From positions 1-64,000 of the forward strand of contig JAQGDQ010000386.1 of assembly GCA_030141605.1 (NCBI GenBank): a stretch of DNA of 64,000 bases. The letters are read 5' to 3'. How positions within the stretch are numbered: position 1 is the first letter of the stretch; each line of letters opens with the position of its first letter. Below the pieces are notes generated by a model. It was not told the DNA's origin. It did no database searches and saw only the letters and a list, made by a program, of their open reading frames with translations. The translations under genes and the position numbers were made by a program. This document shows, piece by piece, positions 11,670 through 24,500 of the stretch. This stretch comes from Tubiluchus corallicola (taxonomy: Eukaryota > Animalia > Priapulida).

Positions 11670-12227
11670 CCAAATAGAAAGGCAGAGTATTTAATGATTT
11701 AAGATTTTGAAGCGTAGTCATATAAGCCAATTTTTTTCCAAGCAAAACGTATCATAGAACACCATAATGCATAATACCGTATGTATTGTAAAACATACGT
11801 TACATGATTTTTAATAAATGCTTGGTTTAAATTTATTCAAAACGTAATTTGACAATTGTAGCTTTGAAACAGCCAGTTTGACAACTGACATATTTTGTTC
11901 CCTTTTGGCAGCTAAATCCTAGACAGGTGCTGTACAATGGTGACCACAATATTTTTATACTTAGGAACTACCTAATTAATATAATTTAACACTTATTTAT
12001 ATCTCGTTTGTTGCATTACTGTCAACAAATTACTTTGAGAAGCTGACAAAAGAGAGAATACTGTGAGTAAATCATGTCTGACATGGCGGCAATAAGTGTA
12101 GCTATTTTAGTAATGACTAACTGTTTCATGAACAAAACTACATTGGCAAGTAGGATATATCAGCTACCCATTTGATTTTTAGTTTTTCTTAAGTATCAGT
12201 CATGCTCAAATTGACAAAAGCCAACAC

Positions 12228-13775
12228 TCTCTATTATTAAAACGTCTGAAACATGGTGCAATCAGTATGATTTCTGCGCACAATTTTTAAACAAAAATGT
12301 GTTTTTCTGCAGAACTAAATCAAGGGATATGCTTGTTCTTCATGAGGCTGTCTTTTATTGATGATTTGAAAATTTGTTTGAAAATTTTTAAAAATAATTT
12401 CGATTCAGATTCCAAATCTTGAAAATTTTGTTTGATTAGAGTTCTAAAGTCAAAAGTTTGATTAGATTTGAATTCGCTTTCTGATAGAGATTAAAATTGA
12501 AATTGAGAAAACCCTGATATGTAACCATGTTGTCAGCCATCTCGAAAATTGTGGTCATATTGGACAAATTTCTATTAGCCCGTTGTCAGAATTAGTCACC
12601 TTCACGAGCTCTAGCACTATGCAAACTTTCATGCTTTTGAATCAAAAGGAGCATCTTTTTCACCACTCTGATAGACCAAATACCCATTCCCAGGTCAAAT
12701 GGTGGCCATCTTTTTCGCAGCGCTCAAATTTCAGCTTAATTTGGATATGTTATTCTCTGGACCAAATGCACTGCACTGATAGGCCCCATTGATTCACACA
12801 TATTACAAGACATTCAAAAAGATATAAAGACTTTGGACATATTTAGCAAACAACACAACTTTACATTCCAAGCTTTATGTTATATAATGCATTAACAATG
12901 CTCTTTCTGTGTTGAGGGTTTGAATATCGTCCACAAATTAGTAAAATTAAACTCCAATAACGATCCAACAAATGCACATAGGGCTACTCGATTATCCTTT
13001 TTTTAAAAAAAGTAAAAGGTGACTGTAAACAGATTACGAAACAAAAAGCAAATGAACAGCAAAAAAACCATTGAAACATAGGTACAAGGTCAGACTGAGA
13101 ACTTCCATAACGGAAGCTGCTGTCAAAGTTGCTCATTTATTCCTAAACACAGTTTGTTAGCAATCTTTTGCTGATAGTTTTTCATCAATAGATACTGTCG
13201 ATGAATGTATAATACTGTAAATTTAATTACACAAATTAAATTTATCTGGACAATCATATTTTTTGTCTTCTTACTGTCTCATTGCAGCCTCTTATCTTGA
13301 TTAGGCATGATCATCAAATGTTCAAGTTATCATGCTCATATTCATTCAACTGTTAAAGTTATGATTTATCTTTACAATGCGACCAGTGAACCTTACATGG
13401 AATGCAGCAGGCATTACTATGTGTTACCTTATTGCAAACAATTTTTTAATCTGAGTTAGATTCAAACCTAAAATTGTAGAGTCGTATAATTTGGCAATTA
13501 AACAACAAGCGTTCTCTATTATTATAACGTCTGAGACATGGTGCAATCAGCATGATTTCTGCGCACAATTTTTAAACAAAAATGTGTTTTTCTGCAGAAC
13601 TAAATTAAGGGATATGCTTGTTCTTCATGAGGCTGTCTTTTACTGATGATTTGAAAATTTGTTTGATTATTTTTAAAAATAATTTCGATTCAGATTCCAA
13701 ATCTTGAAAATTTTGTTTGATTAGAGTTCTAAAGTCAAAAGTTCGATTAGATTTCAGTTTGCTTTCTGATAGAGA
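12228..13775 (+). repeat. Dispersed direct duplication of 263 bp (12228-12490 and 13513-13775)
   Basis: Near-identical TCTCTATTATTA...CTGATAGAGA blocks at a constant offset of 1285. Confidence 0.9.
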
Positions 13776-14212
13776 ATGCTCACCGCAAATTTAGATTGGC
13801 CAATGACTTTGTTCTGGTCACATTTGTATAAAAAAATAAGTGGAAATGATGTAATGATTTCGTTTTACCAGAAGTTTTTTATTTGAAAATAGAAGGAAAA
13901 AAATCTTGATACACTAACATAGCAACAGACATGCAGTTACGAGGTGATGTTTTCCCTACTGAAGCTAAGTAAGAATAAATTGACAAGTTTGTGCACTTAA
14001 AATTTTGCTCAATGACTTACATAGTATAAAACTCATGGGAATTAGCTACAAACATACATTATAATAATTCATTATACAATTGTGAAAAATTTACACATTA
14101 AATAATTTAAGCATAAAAACAAAACAAACTCCTTGCATCACACAATGTGGTCAAATTGTTTGAATGATGTTACGTATTCATTACCTAATAATGTTTCTTG
14201 TCTTTGCTTCTG

Positions 14213-15558
14213 TTAAATACCAAGAAATGCCTTTCGCTTTAAAGCAGATGTACTTGGTTCTTCGACGAGAGAACTTGGCGTATGATCTGAAACTAGCTTA
14301 TCTCTCCTTAATGCAGCTGCTCTTTGCCGTTTAACTGTGCGAGAACTTGGTGTATTATCTGAAACTAACTTATCTCTCCTTAATGCAGCTGCTCTTTGCC
14401 GTTTAACTGTGCGAGCCTGAATTAACTTATCTCGCCTTAATGCAGCTGCTCTTTGCTTGCTTTCTTCAGCCATTTTACAACTTCGTAAAATGTCCTCTAG
14501 GCACTCCGTCTCTGTGGATTTTTTAATCTCTCTCAGGTCTGTGTTTTCATAGATGTCTTTTGCTCTAGTTATGAGTTTAACTGTGTGGTCAAGTACTTCA
14601 TAATCAGTGGCTCTTTCATCCAAGTTTTTTACAGCCATATGAAATGCTCTCATGACGATCATTCGAAACATATTCAGCAGGTAAATTGCCGCAGAAAAAT
14701 TGAAAATGAAGAAAAATGCAGGTCCAAACAGAGAGTGCGCATTTTCATAATTTTCAAATCTGCCGCCACTCAGTAACATGCCCACTAGTGATGCCATAGA
14801 TATTAAAAACGTATTGAACTCATGGAGAATGTAGCTAAACACAAGCATGCCAAACAATGCAAACGGCAACAGTACTAATGACAAAATAATCGTGTAGTTA
14901 AATAGGGCATCTACAGAAAAAGCAATTGTATCCGGAAAGAGAAACATCATCTTATTAAATGACAGTATTTTCCACAGTTTGATAGTTACCAAGACGACCA
15001 GAAAACCCAGAACATACGTTAGTGTAAAATCCCAAAATGCAGCTGTGTAAAAACTCAAGAATTTTGATTGTTCTGCCCGCTTGTTTTCTTCTAACAAATT
15101 GTCAGTGAGTTTTGCCTTTTTCACAAACAGGATGAATCCCGTTAGGGAAAGGACAATAATGCTAAACTCGACACAATTCCAGGTCTTTTTAAAATAGCTG
15201 AACTTCAGTTTGTTAAGTTGTTTTCCTTCTCTATAGATAAACACTCCAAGTAGCACAAGGTAAAAAATTTGGCTTGATATTATTGTCCCATCTACTGCAC
15301 TTGCAAATGTAACCAGGTTCAAAGTAAAAATCTGATACAATGGAAAAATGCCACCGGTATTACTAAATTCCAAAATCATTAGCACAATGCTGAACAAGTT
15401 TGTGTTGGAGTTGAATAGAGTCATCTCGATCATCACGGCTCGAGTGCGATCATCAATCCAACGCGAATCAATCAATGAATCAATAATCAATTCATTCTGT
15501 GAGCGATTGCGAGTCAATTCCATCACATAGCCACCACCACTGTAGAAAGCTAAATGTC
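14213..15558 (-). CDS. PKD1L terminal exon: polycystin cation-channel domain and C-tail
   Basis: [34 protein letters not shown]; [10 protein letters not shown]; FALFGMLVF; LFGPAFF..LLNMF; TAA at 14213-14215; candidate polyA signal (TTTATT on +) near 13878. Confidence 0.95.
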
Positions 15559-18500
15559 CTGTAATAAAAAATGTAAATTCAGAGGACTTATTACAATGCA
15601 AAACAACTAACTTTATGCCAGTGTACAGAAAACTTTGTATACCAGCGTAGAGTAAGTTTTACCAATTATCAGTACTAGTAATGAACACACATCGACAAAC
15701 TGATGAATGCAGACCAACTACTACAAGCACTCGTACAGCGGATTAACCAAAATTCAGCTGACCACAACGTTCCACTAATTAAGTGCTCAGTTGTAAATCA
15801 ACATGATCGTGATTGCTTAATATAATAAGAGTAACATTTTGTATGTTTCGTCATTAATATCTGCCGTTTAATTACTCAGGACAAAAAACCTGCAATGGCA
15901 TGTAGAGGTAAAACAACATAAGAGCTTAATGTTCTGAAGTCATACTGATGCAACACAACCAAATATTACGTTCGCATTTTAAGAGAATTATAAGCCTGTG
16001 CGTTTGAGAATCTAGCAAGAAGAAGTTACAACAGAAACTTTTGAGTGAGTAAACAGGAGAACTGATTGTACCATTAAGTTTAGTAAATCAATGATGTGAC
16101 ATCCCTCCATTTTAATTAACCTCTTCAATCCTGTATTCCAGCTGGTGCTCTGGAATATTTTATAGAAAATGAAAAGTTGCTGCTGCTTCTGTCACTGCTG
16201 TGTTATCATGCTGCTGTTTCCCACCCTACAGCCACTGCCACCGCTGTCACGAACTACTGCTTTTTTGTAAAATATGTAAGCCCAGTGATTCATATTCAAA
16301 TTGTGTCATTTATCAACCACACAATGTTGAACCAGCCATATCAAATTATATGGACGAACTGGCTTGACCTATTATCTACTGTTGCCTGATGACATGACTA
16401 AAAATCTGGCAAGGTAGTTTCTAATTTGTTCTACACTGTTCTATTTCTGAGCCATTTGAATAGACAAACATTGATAAAAAGCAGAAAAAAGCTACACAGA
16501 AGGCAGCAGTCACAATTTAGGCAGACGATACAGCAATAACAGCAATCTTTTTTGCAAGTTTATCCAACTGAGTAAACAGAAGAAATGATCATTGCAGCAT
16601 TAAATTTATTGGATAAAAGATGGCTGCTATTTCAAGCTTCAGCTAATGATAACTTTTGCAGGTACCTGCATAAGGTAGTGTTCGCAATTCCAATGTTGAG
16701 CGAAATGTCCAGTGGTCAGTAGGAAAAGAAGGAAATTGACGTTCACGCCATCCAGGCGAATACGGGGCAATATCCTCCCAGGGCCAAGAATAAGCAGAGA
16801 CACACTTCCTTCCAAATGGTTCCATAAGATGATGTATTGAACACAAACCTAAAATGTAAAAAAAACAGGCAGTGCAAGTCAATGGAATGCATGCAAGTCA
16901 CCAAGACAAACTTTTCAAACCACACAGAGAATTTATCAAACCCTGAACAGTACAAATCTGTGCCTAGCTTCCACTTAGTTTTGACATTACCAACCTGGCT
17001 TTATGCGTAATTGTCTCAGTCTCACAACACCAACTAACAGCGTAGTAATATCTGCAGCATATCCATGTGGTGCCTCTTCTCCATTGTACAGTGTATCTGG
17101 ATGCAAGCTAGGTTGCAAAGTGTTCAGGATGTAATCCCACATGGAACTCACACTTGATATCTATAAACAAAACCATATAACAGTGTGATATACAAACAAA
17201 AACAAAACTAAAGTTTATTTGAATAAAACAAGAGCTCAGCAGGGTTTCTGACACAGGTACCTTACTTCAGTGACACGATACAAAAAAAAGATACCATAAA
17301 AAAGGCTAAAATTCACTTTTACTTTTACAGCAAACTAACTCACTTTTCCAGCTAACAGAGCATCTACTTAGCACTAGAAAAAACTTGTTTGCAGAATAAA
17401 AGTATTTCAACTGCTTCTTGTAATTTACGACCAATTTCGGCTTAATAATGTAAAGCAGGAGAAATTTGGTACAACATGTAAACTGTCACACAAAAAAGTT
17501 GCATTTGCAGGAATAAGTTTACATATTGTATTAATGTATACGGAAAATTATTGCCAAAATCATAGCAAAACCATTAGGTTTTTACTGCCAGCGATGTCAC
17601 TCGCAGGGACTCACATGTCATCCTGGATGTTAGCAGAACCAGGAGAGATATCGATTAGAAATACACAAATTCACAAGAGAAAGTTTGGCTCAAACTAGCA
17701 GAAGCAGGAGCGGCACAAATTCGTGCACAAATTCACAAAAGAGAAAGTTTGGCTCAAACTAGCAGAAGCAGGAGAGGCACAAATTTGTACACAAATTCAC
17801 GAAAGAGAAAGTTTGGCTCAAACTAGCAGAAGCAGGAGAGGCACAAATTCGTGCACAAATTCACAAGAGAAAGTTTGGCTCAAACTAGCAGAAGCAGGAG
17901 AGGCACAAATTCACGAAAGAGAAAGTTTGGCTCAAACTAGCAGAAGCAGGAGAGGCATAGATTCACACACAAATTCACAAAAGAGAAAAGTTTGCGTCAA
18001 GCTAGCAGAAGCAGGAGAGGCACAATTCGTACACAAATTCACGAAAGAGAAAGTTTGGCTCAAATTAGCAGAAGTAGGAGAGACACAAATTCACGAAAGA
18101 GAAAGTTTGGCTCAAACTAGCAGAAGCAGGAGAGGCATGGATTCACACACAAATTCACAAAAGAGAAAAGTTTGCCTCAAACTAGCAGAAGCAGGAGAAG
18201 CATGGATTCACATGCAAATTCACGAAAGAGAAAGTTTGCCTCAAACTAACAGAACCAGGAGAAGCATGGATTCACACACAAATTCACGAAAGACAAACTT
18301 TGGCTCAACTAGCAGAATCAGGAGAGGCACTCGCTAAACTTAGTTAACCAGTTAAATCACATGCGAATTTACAACAATTAGTCCAAGATTGTTTTTAAAA
18401 AGACAAGAAGACCGCATTTCGGCTGAACGGGCATCTCGCTAACACAAAACACGAAGAGGTTACCCTTGAAAGGTTACAGGACTGTCACATGAATGCCTAA

Positions 18501-21500
18501 AACAAATGAACGACAAAACCTTTGATGATCTGGACAGACTTATCCTGTTTTGTATTCAACTAGCAACTACCATACTCGAGAATTCAATTGTAGCACATGT
18601 ATTTATCAACTTTGTAGTTTTAGACAGGCAATAATTCGAATTTGACCAATCACAGAGTTCAGGATATGTGAATTACAAGTAGGTAGGTTATGGGGCCTTA
18701 AATTAGAAAGGGTGATTTATTTTGTTGTAGTACTAAAGTAACCTACAGAACAGTTACTGTAGCATTGATCACGAAGGTAGAGGACTAGAAAAGAGATGTC
18801 AAATGCATTGATGACGAAGGTAGAGGACTAGAAAAGAGATGTCAAATGCATTGATCACGAAGGTAGAGGACTAGAAAAGAGATGTCAAATGCATTGATGA
18901 CGAAGGTAGAGGACTAGAAAAGAGATGTCAAATGCAGATTGGCTGAAACACCTCCCTCCAACATTTATTTATGTAAAAGGTTAATGAAAGATACCTACAT
19001 CGGTAAATTTCGTACTTCCCACATAAGATGCATTGATGACTACATCCTCTACAGTTCTAGTCACCATGTACGACCTAAAAAATGTAAAAGAACTAGAGTG
19101 AATCCTCGCTTTATGCCCCCCCCCTAATTAGCGATGTTTCATTTTAACAATACTAAACATTTGTCTGACTTAACAACGGTTGTTTCCTTTTAACGACAAC
19201 TTTTTTACTTTGCTCACATCCATTTTTTTACCTTATCAACAACATTACTACCTAATTTATAGCAATAAAACAGTACATATTGCATTATTATGTTCTAAAA
19301 ATGCACTAATAATAGAAAACAGAACAATTATTATTATTATTATGTTTTTGCTTTGCGACTGACTGCTAAATGCTAGCCATATGTATAAAACGTTTTTTAA
19401 CATTTTATTAAAACTTTGTAATTTTTTGATGTTTCAAAGTGTTGATTTTGTCATATGCCAATAAAACTTCAAAGAAGCCTATGAAATATATTATCAAAAG
19501 ACTGTTTGTCATAAACTGCTTAAAGAAGTGTATAACTTGTGAAGGGTCAGTTTAAATCACAATTACAAAACAACTTCCAAAAGAAGTTGTATCGTGTTTT
19601 ATAAACACCATTCAACACATTTGTATTTTTGTAAACAGATTAAACCTTCATGATAGGCAAGTGTAATTAAAAAAAGTTTAAAAGCGACACTACATCTGTT
19701 GCATCTCTATACCCACCTTGAATCACGGAAATTATAGACAATAACAGACAAGCTTGCTATGAAACATAGGAAGAGAATAATCTCTTTAAGAATCGCATTA
19801 ATTTCGTTGGTGTAATCCTTATTCTCCCGTGCAACCACTACAAACTTTTTATCAGGAGGCGTGTACATGTAATGCTTTTGTCTGTATCTCGAGTTCCTGT
19901 GCAAAAAATGTTTGAATTAGGCTAATTAACAAAACCATTATAATCTAGTGTGTTACCAAAAATGGGGGACTGACTGGACACAGCTGCCAAACTTCCAAGA
20001 CGGCCTGATTTTTAGCCCTTTCTTACAGTATTTTGGACATGGACAGTTTTATAAAATTTCGCATTTTGGCCCACTGTCCCGGGACACTAAAAAGCAAAAA
20101 AATGATCCTGCACTTTGGAAGTTTATAACTCCAAAATGTTCATAGATAGACACTTGGTTGCTATTAGGGACGAATAGGAACTTACATGTGAGCTGTCCTT
20201 TAGTAATATTATTAGTGATTTGGAACACACAAAGTGGCCAAATTACATCATCAATGCCCTTGAATCCATTTCACAAAATCAATAGTCCAGTCTGTTACCC
20301 GAAAAACGAACTCTTAGCTTCGTACTAGATGACAAAATGCTATATATTAGGTATGTTGCATGAATAGTGGCTCACAGATAATTAACCACATTGACATTCC
20401 AGAAGTTTAAACATGGGCACTCTCACTCCTGTTTAACACAGGATGGACAGGACTGATTAAGACAACGCCGGCCCTAACTCTAATTCAGCACAGCTCAAAA
20501 ATATAAAGAAAAATACCTTGATGGGAAAACTGCTCATTGGGAAACTTTGTCCCGGAGGTCAATCTGCTCCCAGATCGGGGAATGTTAAAACTTTTACAAT
20601 AAATACAAATTATACAATTTTGTTAAACGAAACTGAAGTGCTTACATAAATATGATACTACCCAAGTGTGAAATGAAAATAGTTTTACAAACCTTTTATA
20701 AGCATCAAGCCATTCCTTTTGTAGATAAGTATTTAAATTCATTAGTGATGTGTCAAAATGTCTTTCCTCAACCTCAACTGATGGCTTTTTGAAAATAAGT
20801 GCCGTTAAAGCAGCAACAACAAGAACTTTACCAGGTTGAAGTACAAAAATACTTTGAAATATCCCAGTTATCATAGAGATCAGCCAGTCTACACTTTTCC
20901 TGTATCCGTACTTCAGACCATAGAGCATAACCAGGTATGAACAGATAAGACAGGTGCTAATTACAAGAAACCATCCAATGTATAAACACCACCATGGCAG
21001 TTGAAATGTTGTCTGGGGCTTTGGCTCAAGTTCAGAACGAGCTTTTCCCACATCTTGATAACTTATATGTGAAAAACTTTTCATCATTGAAGCAAATTGT
21101 TTAGAATTGACTTCCGAATTTTTCAGGTTACTCGCACAGTCTTTTATGCTTGTTACCTAAATTATACCAAAAAATATTTGAATAAATTACACCAATCTCC
21201 CATTTTCTGGAAACATATAGTAAGTCCACTTCACCTAGCTTTAAGAAAAACGAGAAATGCCAAGAAGCAACGGTTTAACCCTTACAGTACCTAGTTGACT
21301 TTTTGGCTGGGCCGTATTGTGTTTTTCACATTTCACAATAGCTTTTTGTTGTGTGTTACTAAAACAGAATCTTGTAAATAAACAAATAGTCATATTAATC
21401 AAATAGTGTTAATAAACACTAATATTGAATATTAGTTTTATTTGTACGCATGCACACACATACATGTGCATGCACTCAAGAACCTTGACAAATAAGCACG

Positions 21501-24500
21501 TAGTTATATTTAGAAACAAATTTTCACAGCAGTTATAATATTAATCCACATTATGCGATCTTTTTATATAAAATGCAGAACAAGCTACTAAACATACGTT
21601 TCACCAACCATTAACAAATGATTTTGTGTGAGAATGTACCACATTATACAGTATTGTGGAATGCACCTGGCTTCAGAAGCTGATTGGCTGGTGTACGTTA
21701 CTTGTTGCAAAGCCATTGGAATCTCAAGGCTGTTAAACATTTCTACATGTTTTTGCATGGCTGTAGCAGCGAAATGAACAGACCTGAGTGACTGCGCTTA
21801 GAGATGAGCTGAGCTTTGGCAGCAGTCTATTACTTCCGTCCCTTATATGAAAAATATAGGCGGCAGTGTACCACCTTCTGTAGTGAAAGGGTTAACGAAG
21901 TACCTTTAAATGTGAAATGAATACCCACTAAAAGGTATCTTATTAATTTGTAAAAATAAATAAATAAATATTTAAAGTAATTTTTAAATTGCAGACTTGC
22001 TAGGTCGCATTTGCAAATAGCGTACTGCACATGTTGCTTGTTTTCAAAAAGCTGGAAATGCTAGCTTCCCTCATGCGCTCAAGCGAGACAGGGTTGTCAA
22101 ACGCCGCAGATATGCAGCATTGCAAACATTTCCGATCTGTCGTGATTAACCCTATAAAGGGTTGAACAGCCTGCCTAGCCATTCACCTGGTGCATGATTG
22201 CAAAGCACCTTGTGATTGGCTGAAATGGATGCTTCCGTGGAGTTAGTCAGTGCCCGATTTACAGGGGACATAGAGGGCAATTACCCCGGTGGTAACATGC
22301 GAAAACTTGTATGTGGTGTGGTATGTTAAATTGCATTTGCTCTTGCTTTTATTGAGGTGCGATATATAAACGTATCTGCTAGGTTGCTAGTTAGGTACTT
22401 ACTACGTTGGCATCTCAGGTCAGACGGCTAGTTTTGATAATGAACTAAATTCCAGATCTAGTGCAAGTGCAAAACTGTAAAAAAATCTTAATTAACCATT
22501 TTCGTTGATTTTTAATCATACGCAAAAGGTCATCGCAAGTTTACCTGCGTCACATACGTCAGTCCAAACATTTCTTCTAGGAACGCCTCTTCTTTCTGTT
22601 TAAATATGCGCCTATACGTTCTAACGATTCTCCCTATAATATCACTAAATGTAAAAAAAATCAAACATCAATGTTCCTCGCAATTGAATTCAGACTACAA
22701 AATTTGCCTGACAATTTTAATTTATAGCAGTGGTGACAAAATATGTTTTAAGTGAAGCAGGATGGTTTTGACACACATGAAAAAGGCCACTGAACTAATT
22801 AGAATCCCCAAATCCAAATATGAAATTTCTTTGTACTTCTTAAAATAGACTTGAAATATTAACGACACAGGCAATTATTGTCAAAAGTCTACTACTTCTA
22901 AAATGATTATTTATCCTACAGTCAAATTCCTGTAACACAATTTGGCTTATGACGAAACTCTCAGCAGTATGATAATTTTATTATGTCCTGCCAAGGTTAT
23001 AATAAAACCTATGTAATCACTTATGCTTAATACGAAACTCGTTACTCTGCAACCCCATTTTATACGATGATTTCTCAAAGCTTGGCAATATGAGTTCAAT
23101 ATAAAAACGGTTGTAATAAGATTTCTGCTGCAAGTTAAACAAGCGTAAGTTATGTTCATCGATCAGAAGATAAACATTATAGAGACTATCAGCATCATAA
23201 TATAAGCCATTTCACATTAGAAATGACATTAGGAGTTAAGTGTACAATGGATAGTAGAAAACACGCTTAATATGAAAAATCCTGGATCTGATGAAAAAAC
23301 GCATTCGAATGTATATTTAAAAATACTTAAGCAGCTAATTATCTAGTTAATTACACGATTCTTTCCAGTTATAAGTTTTATAACATTGTTGCTACATTAA
23401 ATGCCATGATTTACATTGCTCTGATTACAAAAGAAAATCCTGTCTCTAGCTACATCATTATTCCATAGCAATGCACACTTCTTCTTCTGTTGGTCTAAAC
23501 AGCTTGGACATTGAGCCTCTATCCTTTATTAGAGCACCCCACTATTTCCTGTCTGCAGCTACAATTTTCAACTCCTGTGATGCTATTGTCACGTTTGTTC
23601 TCAGAGGCTGTAAATCTTTAGTAATTCTTGATATCCAAGTTGTTCTTGGTTTCGCCTGGATGTCGTTTAGCAGGTTTCAGTGCCTCGTTTAATGCTAATC
23701 TTACTTGTATTATGCTATTGTCACGTTTGTTCTCAGAGGCTGTAAATCTTTAGTAATTCTTGATATCCAAGTTGTTCTTGGTTTCGCCTGGATGTCGTTT
23801 AGCAGGTTTCAGTGCCTCGTTTGATGCTAATCTTACTTGTATTATGCTATTGTCACGTTTGTTCTCAGAGGCTGTAAATCTTTAGTAATTCTTGATATCC
23901 AAGTTGTTCTTGGTTTCGCCTGGATGTCGTTTAGCAGGTTTCAGTGCCTCGTTTGATGCTAATCTTGTATTACACTGTATGCAGCACTTTTAAACATGAA
24001 ATAGGCAGCAAACTTAAAAACAACATCTCTGGCTTAATTACAAAAACATGAATACCACTGTGTAACAGTTTCGTAAGTAAATAGATACAGTTATATCAAG
24101 AAAACTTCACCAAACAGCGATCACATAACTAACTCAAGCATATCTAATATAAACATAACTCCGCTCAATGATACTGAGGATACATTAGCAATTTAAAATA
24201 GTAAAGATTAACTGTTACATATCATTAAGAACTAATAATCAAAACACCTCCTTATTTCTTCTATACAAGGTTATAAGAAATAATTATTAACAATTACCTC
24301 CACAGTGTACTCTCATCTGAAGCTTTGCCAACCAAATTATATCCCCCGTAATCTAGCTGCCTTCGTCTTCTGCTGAGCCGAAATATATAAACGATAATGA
24401 GGTTAATGGGAAGTACCACCAAGCTACTGGTTATACCTACAAAAAATCAATAAAAACATTCATGGAAACCATAACCGAACAGCCCATTAGATGTAGTACA

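Noticed and set aside
17723-18337. 204-aa repetitive ORF
   Set aside because: Translation of a minisatellite with variable unit length that cycles through frames
18762-19074. Short word matches between the 43-bp repeat and the adjacent exon (ATGCATTGATGAC)
   Set aside because: Matches are short and in mixed orientation; cannot be distinguished from chance
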